A stretch of 64,000 bases of DNA. Source: Candidatus Omnitrophota bacterium (GTDB lineage Bacteria > Omnitrophota > Gorgyraeia > Tantalellales > Tantalellaceae). The DNA is taken from NCBI GenBank assembly GCA_015231405.1, contig JADGBR010000002.1, positions 133,547-197,546 on the forward strand, given 5' to 3'. The position numbers and the translations under genes were made by a program. The notes under the pieces are model-generated. The model searched no databases. It had not been told where the DNA came from and worked only from the letters and a program-made list of their open reading frames with translations. Shown piece by piece: positions 27,893 to 37,564 of the stretch (positions are counted from its first letter, which is position 1; the number at the start of each line of letters is the position of its first letter).

Positions 27893-29524
27893 TCACACCC
27901 CCTTGTCAGGTAGTTTTATGATCATCGCGGTCCCCCTGTACGGCCCCTCCGAAAAGGCCTCGATGGTGCCGCCGTATCCGCTGATTATATCTTTACATAT
28001 CGTAAGTCCAAGTCCTATGCCGTCGGTAGAGGCCTCATGTTTATAGAATTTATCGAATATCCTGTCTTTTTCGCCGAGTTCCAGCCCAGAGCCGGTATCG
28101 GCCACCTCTATCTCAAAACGTCCCTTCATGCGCCTGCTTTTCACCATGACGGACCCTTTTTCAGTGAATTTCAGGGCGTTATCGAGTAAATTTTCCATTA
28201 CGATCCTCAGGTCGTTCTCGCCCAGGGGGACATTGTCCGCGTCGACGGGGATTTCGGTCCCGACATTGATCCCTTTTTTCTGCAAAAGATAGGATATATC
28301 GTCCGTAAATTTACTTACGGCGGAATGCAGTGACGCTTTAGGGTCATTGCCTAACCGACCCGTCTTCCGGGGGCCTTCTTTTTTCATGTCGATGACGAAG
28401 AGGCTCAGCATATTGCCTATGTCCCTTCGAACCTTACCGATATTGCGGCTGGCTATGGCCGCGGCCAACTTCACCTGTTCGTCGTCTTTTTTTTCCATCC
28501 CGAACCTGATAAGATTAATGGCGGTTTCGGTCGTAGCTATCGGCGTTTTGACGCTGTGTGAGATATTGCGTATAAGCATATTCTTTGCTTCTTCCATCTC
28601 TTTGAACTCCGTTATATCCCGCGCCGTGGACACCGCCCCTATTACGACACCTTCGGCGTCCTTTAAGACGCGGGTCCACCAGGCGAGAAGCCGTGCTCTC
28701 CCGTCCCGGCGCTTCTGCCAGCTTTCAACGTAAATATGATCATCCATCCCGTCAAAAATCGGCCTGACCGTCTCATAAGTCATTTGTTCGCCCACGAAAT
28801 AGTGGTTAGCCTCTTTACCCAGCACATCTTCCCCGAAAAATTCATAACCGCACCGGTTAGCCCAGGTATAGACCTTTCTCGCGTCGACCTCCATTATGAT
28901 GTCCGGGACCGAAGCCAGTATCGCTTTATTTTTCAAATTCAGGTTATCTATCTCAATTTTTCTCCTCCGGGAGTCGGTCATGTCCCGGAATATCCCCACT
29001 AAGAACGTTCTTTCTCCGAACCTGACCGGAAATCCATTCACATCCACGGGCACGATCTTTTTATTTTTTGTGAGCACTTCCGTCGGAAATGCCGTTATTT
29101 CGATATCTACCATCTTCTTAAAACCTGCTTCCATCGTCTTTCCTGCAGAATATTCAGGGTGAAGCTGATCGGCCCTCATGGACAGCAATTCTCGCCGCGT
29201 ATAGCCTGTAAGGATCTGGGCTTTCTCGTTACAGTCGACCAGTTCCCGCGTAACGGGATCGGCGATAAAGATAGCGTCCCCTGCCTTCTCGAACATAGCC
29301 CTGAATTTCTCATCGCTTTCCCGGCTCTTCTTTTCGGCGATAGCTAGCGCACCTGTAGCGAAAACAACCAGTATGAACGAATAAAACGATCCCGCGAGGA
29401 CAAGAACGGCACCGGGCCAGAAGCTTTTGAGAGCTTGAATGTCAAATATCCAACCAAGAGCGACAACGGCGCCTGACAAGGAAATAAAGATGCCTAAATA
29501 CCTGACCGCTCTCAACCTCTCCAT
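27893..29524 (-). CDS. PAS-PAS sensor histidine kinase
   Basis: 2 TM, two PAS, ISHSVKTP H-box, NLLDNALKFT, GIGLGL. Confidence 0.9.
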   Translation of the reverse strand: MERLRAVRYLGIFISLSGAVVALGWIFDIQALKSFWPGAVLVLAGSFYSFILVVFATGALAIAEKKSRESDEKFRAMFEKAGDAIFIADPVTRELVDCNEKAQILTGYTRRELLSMRADQLHPEYSAGKTMEAGFKKMVDIEITAFPTEVLTKNKKIVPVDVNGFPVRFGERTFLVGIFRDMTDSRRRKIEIDNLNLKNKAILASVPDIIMEVDARKVYTWANRCGYEFFGEDVLGKEANHYFVGEQMTYETVRPIFDGMDDHIYVESWQKRRDGRARLLAWWTRVLKDAEGVVIGAVSTARDITEFKEMEEAKNMLIRNISHSVKTPIATTETAINLIRFGMEKKDDEQVKLAAAIASRNIGKVRRDIGNMLSLFVIDMKKEGPRKTGRLGNDPKASLHSAVSKFTDDISYLLQKKGINVGTEIPVDADNVPLGENDLRIVMENLLDNALKFTEKGSVMVKSRRMKGRFEIEVADTGSGLELGEKDRIFDKFYKHEASTDGIGLGLTICKDIISGYGGTIEAFSEGPYRGTAMIIKLPDKGV

Positions 29525-29583
29525 CCGGCACCTTCCAAAACAGCGTGAGAAACTCGAGGATAAACCCTGACACTACCTCTCAT

Positions 29584-29592
29584 ATTATAACA
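29584..29592 (-). promoter_or_regulatory. Extended -10 promoter element (TGtTATAAT) for the HK-RR-cbiMQO unit
   Basis: Minus strand reads CTGTTATAAT about 60 nt upstream of the ATG at 29524. Confidence 0.5.
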
Positions 29593-29656
29593 GAACCAGA
29601 AGCCATGTTTCCACTTTTAGATTTCACATGGGTACTTTCAGGTTATTGCGATAGGG

Positions 29657-29823
29657 GTGTGGGCGTGAAGGAGATGGGGTTCTTCGTACGGCACCTTGCC
29701 GTCCCACCACCCAAAACAGCCTTGTGCGTGGACCTTGCAAATATACCAATGACGGCCACATGCCAAGCTAGAAGTTTGCAAAGTGCCGGTAGAAGGTTCC
29801 CATCTCCTTCTCGCCATCGGCAC
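29657..29823. ncRNA. Putative rod-shaped structured RNA (6S-like architecture) or MITE
   Basis: GGCGTGAAGGAGATGGGGTTCTTCGTACGGCACCTTGC pairs with GCAAAGTGCCGGTAGAAGGTTCCCATCTCCTTCTCGCC, followed by a bubble and a second stem. Confidence 0.45.
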
Positions 29824-29852
29824 GAGAGTAAGAGCAGGTGCTGTAAGATGCG

Positions 29853-30425
29853 TTATTTGCAGAAGTTTTCAAGTATCCACATGACATTTTTCGGCTTTAT
29901 GTCACCCAGATCGCAGACGTATTTTATAAAGGATATTTTTTTTGCGGATATCTCGAACGAAACATATCCCTTTCTAAACAGCCCCATGAGAGCCTCCCTG
30001 ACACCCCTGGCGGCCAGGTAGCTCATCGTCCGGTCAGGGTCCTTTGAGGCCGCGCACACTTCCGCGTCGAACCGTTCGTCCCCTGTATTCACTTTCTTAA
30101 GCAGGCGCAGTTTAACCTGCGCTCGAATAAGGAAAGATCTCATGCTATAGGCCTTCATTGTAAAGTCCGAAGGTTTTTTTATTACGACCTGGAGACAGGG
30201 GTTCGCGTCGGGCCCTTCGTCGGCTCCCCAGAATGAAGCCGCAAATTCAACGCCTTTATAAGTCCCCTTGAAAGTGACGCCGAAAAAATTCCAGTGGACC
30301 TCGCCCGGAACGTGGTTCGACAACTCAGAGAGTATCTTTAATCTTTTGTCATCGTTCCTAAAAAGACGCTTGAACCAGCCGTCCTTACGCTTCTCCCGAG
30401 AGTTTTCCCGAATGTTCCCATCCAT
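29853..30425 (-). CDS. Hypothetical protein
   Basis: 190-aa ORF containing VNTGDERFD; co-oriented with neighbours. Confidence 0.7.
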   Translation of the reverse strand: MDGNIRENSREKRKDGWFKRLFRNDDKRLKILSELSNHVPGEVHWNFFGVTFKGTYKGVEFAASFWGADEGPDANPCLQVVIKKPSDFTMKAYSMRSFLIRAQVKLRLLKKVNTGDERFDAEVCAASKDPDRTMSYLAARGVREALMGLFRKGYVSFEISAKKISFIKYVCDLGDIKPKNVMWILENFCK

Positions 30426-30493
30426 GATATTTATCTGTCCCCGGTCATTCCAGACTAAGCCGCAAATTCATCTTATTTACGCGGCCCCTCTCA

Positions 30494-31066
30494 CTAAAGA
30501 CGCGAGCAGCATGATCCGCTCGCGGAGGTTTTATTATATGCGTTCTTATTGTACGGCAGTTTCATGAGGAGCAACCCCATACAGCAGCTGTCGGTCACTC
30601 CGGCGTGAATTAACCCAAAGGCGACGCAGAGAGGAAGTACAACATATAGGGGGCCCACGGCCCAAGAGAGAAAAATACCAAGTAGGATAAGGATCCCGGC
30701 TATCACCCTTACCTGCCTCTCGAGCGATATGAACTGTTTCCCTTTCACTACCGGAAGCTTATCTTTCTCCCAGCGTTCAACGCCGCCGTCTAGGACTTTC
30801 AGGTCCCGTATCCCGCTCGAAACGAGTTTCTCATAAGCCAGGGACGCGCGGTGCCCTGACCGGCAAACTATGATATACTTCTTTCCCGCCGCGGCAAGCT
30901 CGCCCGCTCTTCCGGCTAACGCGTCGATCGGGATATTTACCGCCCCGTCGATATGTTTTTCGTCGTACTCCATCGGTGTTCGGACATCCAGTAGTAGCGT
31001 GTTTTTATCATTCGACACGGAATCGAACGCTTCCTTCGGAGATACGGCCATTACGATATTATCCAT
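30494..31066 (-). CDS. Rhodanese + DUF2892 (YgaP-like) protein
   Basis: LDVRTPMEY..HIDGA, CRSGHRA, LERQVR, TDSCCMGLLL. Confidence 0.9.
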   Translation of the reverse strand: MDNIVMAVSPKEAFDSVSNDKNTLLLDVRTPMEYDEKHIDGAVNIPIDALAGRAGELAAAGKKYIIVCRSGHRASLAYEKLVSSGIRDLKVLDGGVERWEKDKLPVVKGKQFISLERQVRVIAGILILLGIFLSWAVGPLYVVLPLCVAFGLIHAGVTDSCCMGLLLMKLPYNKNAYNKTSASGSCCSRL

Positions 31067-31100
31067 TATTGTCACCCCTTATTTTACTGTACCGGTAAAG

Positions 31101-31871
31101 TTAAATTATAATTCGCCATAGTATGATGGCGAGAAGGATCCGGTAAATGCCGAATATGGTAAAGCTGTTGTTCTTTATAAAGGTAAGGAGAAATTTCACC
31201 GAGAGCATGGCGGAAGCGAACGATATTACAAGCCCGATCGCGAGGTATTTGTATTCCTCACCGGTAAAAGAAAATGCAGTCTTCGCCAGGTCCAGCGCCG
31301 TCGCCGAGGCCATAGTGGGTATGGCTAGAAGAAAAGAGAATTCGAGTATCGTCTTCCGCTTCAGCCCAAGCATGAGACCGCCTATGATGGTAGCGGCTGA
31401 TCTGGATACGCCGGGGACCACTGCAAGCGACTGGATAACTCCGATAAGAAAGGCCTGTTTATAAGATATTCCGGACATCTCTTCGATATCACATTCTTTT
31501 TCACGGTGCAGCGACTCAAAGACAATGATGAAAATACCGCCCAGAAAAAGCGCCCAAAGAACCACAAAGCTGTTGCCCATAAGGAAGTGTTTAATAGAGC
31601 TGTAAAGAACGAACCCTATCACCCCGGTAGGGATAAAAGCCACCACTATCCTTTTTATGGTCTCGATATCGGTCAAAAGACGCCTCCAGTAAAGTACCGC
31701 TACGGCAAGTATCGCGCCAAGCTGGATGGATATCTCGAAGCTTTTCAAAAATTCTGTCTGAGCGAGGCCAAAAAGCCTCGATGTCAGTATCATGTGCCCC
31801 GTAGAAGATACAGGAAGAAATTCCGTTATCCCTTCCACGATCGAAAGTATAAATACGTCAATTAAATTCAT
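31101..31871 (-). CDS. uppP: Undecaprenyl-diphosphate phosphatase
   Basis: VEGITEFLPVSSTGH, PGVSRSAAT. Confidence 0.95.
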   Translation of the reverse strand: MNLIDVFILSIVEGITEFLPVSSTGHMILTSRLFGLAQTEFLKSFEISIQLGAILAVAVLYWRRLLTDIETIKRIVVAFIPTGVIGFVLYSSIKHFLMGNSFVVLWALFLGGIFIIVFESLHREKECDIEEMSGISYKQAFLIGVIQSLAVVPGVSRSAATIIGGLMLGLKRKTILEFSFLLAIPTMASATALDLAKTAFSFTGEEYKYLAIGLVISFASAMLSVKFLLTFIKNNSFTIFGIYRILLAIILWRIII

Positions 31872-31880
31872 AAGTCAGGA

Positions 31881-32768
31881 TCACTTTCTTTTCCACCTAT
31901 CAAAGTCCTGGCTCCAGGGCTCGATATGTATAGTAACGTCCGTCACGCCTTTAAGCTTCTCCTTTATCTCTTTCTCCACGGTTTCCGAGAGGTCATGCGC
32001 GGCCTGTATGTTCATGTCCTTACTGACCAGGACATGCATGTCTATGTATATATCGTCGGACCTCCCCCTTGTCCTGATGCGGTGACAATCCTTGACGCCT
32101 TCTATCCGGAGGACCAGCTCGTTGATCTTATCGGAAATGATGGCCTCACGGTCGCAAAGGATAGCCGAGGATTCCCGGAGTATCATGAAGGCGCTATAAC
32201 CTATGAAAAGGGCTATCACTATGGTAACGAGTGCGTCCACGAAGGTGAACCCGGCACGCACGGCGACAAGCGATACTATGACCGAAAGAGAGACGAGAAT
32301 ATCGCTTCTTGTATGAAGCGCGTCCGCGGCAAGAACATCGCTGTTGAGACGCCTCGCCTGAGCCAGTTCGTATATGACGACCCATACGTTCACGCCAAGG
32401 GTCAATATCATCACGATAAAACTAGAAATAGTTATATGCGGAGCGACCGGGTGGATGATCCGCCCCGAGGCTTCGCGAAGAAGCTGCGAAGCGACGACGA
32501 AAAGAGTTATCGCTATCACGATGGATGTGAATGTTTCGTATTTTTTGTGGCCGTACGGATGGTCCTTATCCACGGGGTGTGAAGCCACCCATATGCCTAC
32601 GAGCCCTACTATGTTGGAAATGCCGTCCGAAAAGGAATGAAAACCATCGGCCATTATGGCGCCGGATCCGCTCGCAACCCCGAAGATGACCTTCATAATG
32701 GATACGCCCCAGTTGAGGGCCAGGACAATGATAAGGACATTTCGTATACTGCCGTAACGCTGTTCCAT
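31881..32768 (-). CDS. Cation diffusion facilitator (FieF-like)
   Basis: ADGFHSFSD, HPYGHKKYE, ADALHTRSD, HIEP. Confidence 0.93.
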   Translation of the reverse strand: MEQRYGSIRNVLIIVLALNWGVSIMKVIFGVASGSGAIMADGFHSFSDGISNIVGLVGIWVASHPVDKDHPYGHKKYETFTSIVIAITLFVVASQLLREASGRIIHPVAPHITISSFIVMILTLGVNVWVVIYELAQARRLNSDVLAADALHTRSDILVSLSVIVSLVAVRAGFTFVDALVTIVIALFIGYSAFMILRESSAILCDREAIISDKINELVLRIEGVKDCHRIRTRGRSDDIYIDMHVLVSKDMNIQAAHDLSETVEKEIKEKLKGVTDVTIHIEPWSQDFDRWKRK

Positions 32769-32782
32769 ATAAAAGGGGCCTT

Positions 32783-33205
32783 TTACCGGGATCTCTTCTC
32801 GTTGACGGCAGCTATATGGAGATCGGAGATACCGCCTTTCACAAGGATATCCAGAACACCCACTACGTTCTCGAATTTGACGGTCTTATCGGAATACAGG
32901 AATGCCTGTATGTCTTCGGAATACTCCCGTATCTCTTTAATTTTCTTTTCCAGGTCATCCACTGAAATAAGACTGTTATTGAGATAGACCAAACCGTCGG
33001 CAGCGACCGTAATATTCACCATCACCGGGACGGCCCGGCTCGTGGGCTCGACGTTCTTCGCATGCGGAAGCTTCACCTTGACGTTAAGCTGGTAAATGAT
33101 CGGGGTCGTCAGCATGAATATGATAAGGAGCACCAGCACGACGTCCGTGAAAGGCGTTATGTTTATGTCGGTCACAACGCGCTGCCGTTTGGGTTTTCTT
33201 AGCAT
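32783..33205 (-). CDS. exbD: ExbD/TolR
   Basis: DINITPFTDVVLVLLIIFM. Confidence 0.9.
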   Translation of the reverse strand: MLRKPKRQRVVTDINITPFTDVVLVLLIIFMLTTPIIYQLNVKVKLPHAKNVEPTSRAVPVMVNITVAADGLVYLNNSLISVDDLEKKIKEIREYSEDIQAFLYSDKTVKFENVVGVLDILVKGGISDLHIAAVNEKRSR

Positions 33206-33207
33206 GT

Positions 33208-33822
33208 TTATTTCTTCACGATATCCATCATCTCGGACACGCAAAGCTCCATTTCCATGGTTAACTTGTCTATCTTCTTAATAAAAAAGTTATACGCCAC
33301 TACCGCAGGGACCGCTACAAGAAGGCCCGCAGCAGTGCAGACCAGTGCCTCGGATATGCCGCCGATGATGACGTTCAGTTCGCCTGAGCCGGAGAGCGAT
33401 ATGTTCCGGAAAGCCTTGATTATGCCAAGGACCGTGCCGAAAAGACCGATGTAAACGGAGTTGCTCCCGATGGTCCCGACTATGTTCGTGTACCGCTCCA
33501 GCCTGTTGTTCTCTATGATGATCTCCCTTTCCATGGCGTTCTCGACTATGACATCGCTCGCGCCCAGAAGGTTTAGACCCGCCTTGACAACGTTCGCCGA
33601 GTGGTTATTCTTTTCCTCGCAAAGCTTTATGGCCCGTTTTATGTTCCCTTCCTCGATCTCATCCTTTATCTCTCGCATAAATTTTTCCCTATTGACGCGG
33701 GATAGCCTCATGTAAAGGAAGACCCTGTCGATCATTATCGCTATCGATATGATCGAGCATCCGATAAGTATATACATGGTGAACCCGCCGGACACGATAA
33801 GCTGGAACAAAGACATGTTCAT
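33208..33822 (-). CDS. exbB: ExbB/TolQ/MotA proton channel
   Basis: IGLFGTVLGII, GISEALVCTAAGLLVAVP. Confidence 0.9.
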   Translation of the reverse strand: MNMSLFQLIVSGGFTMYILIGCSIISIAIMIDRVFLYMRLSRVNREKFMREIKDEIEEGNIKRAIKLCEEKNNHSANVVKAGLNLLGASDVIVENAMEREIIIENNRLERYTNIVGTIGSNSVYIGLFGTVLGIIKAFRNISLSGSGELNVIIGGISEALVCTAAGLLVAVPAVVAYNFFIKKIDKLTMEMELCVSEMMDIVKK

Positions 33823-33878
33823 ATTCGTTCTCCTCCTTAAATATACCGCTGGTCGCGGGATACCTTTACTCGATAAGC

Positions 33879-35069
33879 TCAGAGCTTTTCGATGAACTTT
33901 TCTATCCTGGACAGCCCTTCGGTTATGTTCTCCATCGAAGTTGCGTAAGACAGCCTGATATATCCGTCGTCCCCGAACACCCCGCCAGGCACTACCGCGA
34001 CATGAGCTTTATTCAAAAGTACTTCGGTGAGCGCCATCGACCCGGAAATCGGCGTGTTCTCGACCTTTTTCCCGATAAGACCGTTTATATCCACCCAGGC
34101 GTAAAAAGCTCCTCCGGGTACCAGCGCCGAAAGGCCCTTGATCGAATTGACCTTCCCGATCATGTAGTCCCTTCGTTTCTTGAACTCTTTCACCATGATC
34201 TCCAGGTCCGTCTGGTCGCCCTTCAAAGCCTCAACGCTCGCCACCTGAGATATGGACGTCGGGTTGGATGTCGAATGGTCCTGAAGGTTCGACATAGCCT
34301 GTATTATAGCTTTCGGACCCGCGGCGTACCCTATCCGCCAACCCGTCATAGAGTAAGCTTTCGACACACCGTTAACGGTTATCGTGAGGTCTTTTATTTC
34401 CTTGCCGAAAGAGGCCATGCTCACGTGGCGCCTTCCGTCGTAGATTATTTTCTCATAGATCTCATCCGATACGCAGTATATCTTCTTACGTACTATAATT
34501 TCGCTCAACTTTTTAAGTTCCTGTTCCGAATACACCGTCCCCGTGGGATTTGAGGGGGAGTTAATAATGACCAGTTTAGTCCTGGGCGTCACGGCTTTTT
34601 CGAGCTCCGCCGCGTCCAGCTTGAATTCGCTCGCTCTACCGGTCTTCAAAATGACAGGCTTCGCTCCCGAGAGTTTTATCATTTCCGTATAACTGACCCA
34701 GAAAGGCGACTGCAGTATGACCTCGTCCCCGTCGTCGCAAAGCGCGAGCATAGCGTTAAAAAGCGAATGTTTCGCGCCGCAAGAGACCAAAACCTCTTCG
34801 GGAGAATAGTCCAGGCCGTTGTCTTCCTTGAACTTATGACAAACCGCGTCCTTGATCTCTTTGGTGCCGGAAGTCGGTGTGTATTTGGTGAAACCCTTAT
34901 CTATGGCTTTTTTCGCGTATTCTTTGATATTTACGGGAGTATCGAAATCCGGTTCCCCGGCGCCGAACCCGATAACATTTATCCCCTCGGCCTGCATCTT
35001 CTTAGCCTTGGCGGTAATAGCCAACGTCGGCGACGGGCTTATGAGAGCCGCCCTTTTAGAAATTACCAT
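33879..35069 (-). CDS. aspC: PLP-dependent class I/II aminotransferase (aspartate aminotransferase)
   Basis: GEPDFDTP, NSPSNPTG, SDEIYE, SKAYSMTGWRIG. Confidence 0.92.
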   Translation of the reverse strand: MVISKRAALISPSPTLAITAKAKKMQAEGINVIGFGAGEPDFDTPVNIKEYAKKAIDKGFTKYTPTSGTKEIKDAVCHKFKEDNGLDYSPEEVLVSCGAKHSLFNAMLALCDDGDEVILQSPFWVSYTEMIKLSGAKPVILKTGRASEFKLDAAELEKAVTPRTKLVIINSPSNPTGTVYSEQELKKLSEIIVRKKIYCVSDEIYEKIIYDGRRHVSMASFGKEIKDLTITVNGVSKAYSMTGWRIGYAAGPKAIIQAMSNLQDHSTSNPTSISQVASVEALKGDQTDLEIMVKEFKKRRDYMIGKVNSIKGLSALVPGGAFYAWVDINGLIGKKVENTPISGSMALTEVLLNKAHVAVVPGGVFGDDGYIRLSYATSMENITEGLSRIEKFIEKL

Positions 35070-35096
35070 ACCCCTCTCCCTTGTGTTTTTCGTACT

Positions 35097-35124
35097 ATGT
35101 TATCGAACTGGAAATTATTGTCAA
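35097..35124 (-). promoter_or_regulatory. Sigma70-type promoter for aspC
   Basis: TTGACA-16nt-TAACAT. Confidence 0.55.
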
Positions 35125-35134
35125 CTATTTTTTC

Positions 35135-35160
35135 AGGGGCGGGTGGACCCCGCCCCTACG
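35135..35160 (-). repeat. GTAG-type REP
   Basis: GTAGGGGCGGGGTCCACCCGCCCCTG just downstream of the trpB2 stop. Confidence 0.8.
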
Positions 35161-35165
35161 AATAT

Positions 35166-36533
35166 TTACGGCTTCGGCAAATCCTTTATAGCCTCGAGCG
35201 ACTTATCCATCTCATCTTTCGAAAGGTGATATTCCATCAGCTCGCCGTCGAGGAACTTACCGTAGCCAACCAGGTCCATAAGGCCGTGCCCGCTGTAATT
35301 AAAAAGTATGACCTTCTCTTTGCCTTCTTCTTTTGCTTTCTTTGCTTCCTCCACCGCGCAGGCTATCGCATGGCTTGTTTCGGGGGCGCAAATGGCCCCT
35401 TCCGTCCTCGCCCAGAGGAGTGCGGCCTCGTAACATTTTATCTGGTCGTAAGCGCGCGGTTCGAGAAGCCCTTCTTTTATAGCGTGGCTGACGAGAGGCG
35501 CCATCCCGTGATACCTGAGCCCGCCAGCGTGTATCGGCTGGGGTACGAACCCATGCCCCAGAGTATGCATCGCCAGAAGCGGCGTCATGCACGCCGTATC
35601 GCCGTGGTCATAGGCGAAAGGCCCTTTAGTCATCGTCGGGCACGCCGTAGGCTCGGTAGGTATTATCGTTATTTTAGCGCCGTTGATCTTATCGCATACG
35701 AAGGGGAAAGAGAGCCCCGCGAAATTGCTTCCGCCGCCGGCGCATCCGATGACCACATCCGGAAGTTTTTCTTTCACCGACTCGAGCTGTTTTTTCGCCT
35801 CGAGCCCGATTATCGTCTGGTGCAGCATGACGTGGTTCAGAACGCTCCCGAGGGAATACCTCGTCTTCCCGGACTTATCGCTCACGGCGTCCTCTATGGC
35901 CTCGCTTATAGCGATACCGAGACTTCCGGGAGTGTTGGGCGTTTCCTTTAACACCTTTCGTCCGAAATTGGTATCCGGGCTGGGTGAGGCGACGCATTTT
36001 CCGCCCCACACGCGCATCATTGTCTGGCGCATCGGTTTCTGGTCGAAGCTTATACGCACCATGTATATCTTGCAATCAAGTCCGATGATACTGCACGCGA
36101 AGGAAAGAGCGCTGCCCCACTGCCCCGCGCCCGTCTCGGTAGTAAGGCGTTTGATCCCGAACTGTTTATTGTACCAGGCCTGCGGTACGGCCGTATTCGG
36201 TTTATGGCTTCCGGCAGGGCTGACGCTTTCGTCCTTGTAATAGATACGGGCCGGGGTTTTCAGGTATTTCTCGAGATATACGGCTCGTCTTAAAGGCGCC
36301 GGCCTCCACCTGTAAAGGATCTCGATTATCTCTTCGGGTATGTTTATCCACCGTTCCGTAGAGACTTCCTGCTCGATGATGTTCATGGGGAAAACCGGCG
36401 CCAACATATCCGGCGATATCGGTTTCCCGTCGGGTCCGAGTGGGGGAAGCGGGGGATTTTTAAAATCAGCCGCCAGATTGTACCACTTCCTCGGAATATC
36501 CTTCTCTTCCAAATATATTTTCCTGTCAGACAT
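35166..36533 (-). CDS. trpB: TrpB2 tryptophan synthase beta-like enzyme
   Basis: [35 protein letters not shown]; no trpA nearby. Confidence 0.93.
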   Translation of the reverse strand: MSDRKIYLEEKDIPRKWYNLAADFKNPPLPPLGPDGKPISPDMLAPVFPMNIIEQEVSTERWINIPEEIIEILYRWRPAPLRRAVYLEKYLKTPARIYYKDESVSPAGSHKPNTAVPQAWYNKQFGIKRLTTETGAGQWGSALSFACSIIGLDCKIYMVRISFDQKPMRQTMMRVWGGKCVASPSPDTNFGRKVLKETPNTPGSLGIAISEAIEDAVSDKSGKTRYSLGSVLNHVMLHQTIIGLEAKKQLESVKEKLPDVVIGCAGGGSNFAGLSFPFVCDKINGAKITIIPTEPTACPTMTKGPFAYDHGDTACMTPLLAMHTLGHGFVPQPIHAGGLRYHGMAPLVSHAIKEGLLEPRAYDQIKCYEAALLWARTEGAICAPETSHAIACAVEEAKKAKEEGKEKVILFNYSGHGLMDLVGYGKFLDGELMEYHLSKDEMDKSLEAIKDLPKP

Positions 36534-36566
36534 GTTTCTCCTTTGTTTATAGCTGAGTTATCACCC

Positions 36567-36660
36567 GCGTGGTTTGTGGCTCGTGATTCGTAGTTCGTAT
36601 TTTAACGGAGGTTGACCCACAACCCCGAATCCCGAACCCCAATTAGCACCCCAACTACGA
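36567..36660. repeat. Degenerate inverted 7-bp tandem repeats (GTGRTTC family)
   Basis: gtggttt gtggctc gtgattc gtagttc ... cacaacc ccgaatc ccgaacc. Confidence 0.65.
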
Positions 36661-37545
36661 TCACCGCCCCCGCTTCCGACGATACATATCCGCGTCCGCC
36701 TTCTCGAAAAGCTTATCCGGAGAGCTGATCTCAGAGCTGTACGCGGCTATGCCTGCGCTGACTTTAATGGCGAGCTCGATACCTCGGGTTTTCAAGAACA
36801 CTCTTTTCCCATTGATCTCATTCTCGATCCTCCTAAGCGTCTCCCCTCCTTCTTTCTCGCCGACATTCGGAAGGATCAACGCGAACTCGTCTCCTCCGTA
36901 CCTTATGACCGTATCCGATTCCCTGAGGACCCACTTGAGCCTGGACGCCACTTCCTTTATGATGAGATCCCCAACAGCGTGGCCGTAGCTATCATTTATG
37001 CCCTTGAGTCCATCAATATCCACTATCGCCAGCGAGAACACGCTCCCGTACCTTTTGGAAAGTTTGAATATATGGTCGTATTCCCTCTTGAAAAAGTGGA
37101 CGTTGTAGAGCCCCGTAAGACCGTCCGTCATGGAAAGCTTTTCGTAAAATTCTTTTCGTTTGAAAATGGCTTCGACCCTGGCCAGGAGCTCGTCGCTGTT
37201 AAACGGCTTAACTATGTAATCGTCTATGCCGGCCTTGAATCCTTTCATTTTGAGGGATATCTCGTCGTAACCGGTAAGGAAGATGACCGGGATATTCGCC
37301 GAGGACATATCCTGGTTGAGCTTTTTCTTGACCTCCAACCCCCCGATGCCGGGCATTACCAGGTCAAGGAGGATAAGGTCCAGCGGCGTGTCTTTCACCC
37401 TGTCCAGGGCTTCTTCGCCGCTCGAGGCCTTGACGACGTTATACCCCGCACCGGTGAGCCTTATTCCCAACATCATGAGCTCGTCCTCTTCGTCGTCCGC
37501 GATAAGTATGCTTCTTCTATCCACCTGAGATAAGTTATCGGTCAT
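36661..37545 (-). CDS. Response regulator-diguanylate cyclase
   Basis: REC domain, TDGLTGLYN, RESD I-site, RYGGDEF. Confidence 0.95.
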   Translation of the reverse strand: MTDNLSQVDRRSILIADDEEDELMMLGIRLTGAGYNVVKASSGEEALDRVKDTPLDLILLDLVMPGIGGLEVKKKLNQDMSSANIPVIFLTGYDEISLKMKGFKAGIDDYIVKPFNSDELLARVEAIFKRKEFYEKLSMTDGLTGLYNVHFFKREYDHIFKLSKRYGSVFSLAIVDIDGLKGINDSYGHAVGDLIIKEVASRLKWVLRESDTVIRYGGDEFALILPNVGEKEGGETLRRIENEINGKRVFLKTRGIELAIKVSAGIAAYSSEISSPDKLFEKADADMYRRKRGR

Positions 37546-37564
37546 TGCAAACACCCCCGGTTAA

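Noticed and set aside
29545-30021. ORFs 29545-30021 (+) and 29638-29823 (-) across the structured element
   Set aside because: No RBS or protein-like composition; the long base-paired structure explains the region better.
34767-35951. 394-aa plus-strand ORF (also 39899-41041, 46907-47797, 17108-17953, 53596-54345 and other + ORFs)
   Set aside because: Antisense shadows of well-supported minus-strand genes with no recognisable motifs.
32783-36533. ExbBD without TonB and TrpB without TrpA as novel systems
   Set aside because: Both are common: TonB is often unlinked, and stand-alone TrpB2 is an established family.
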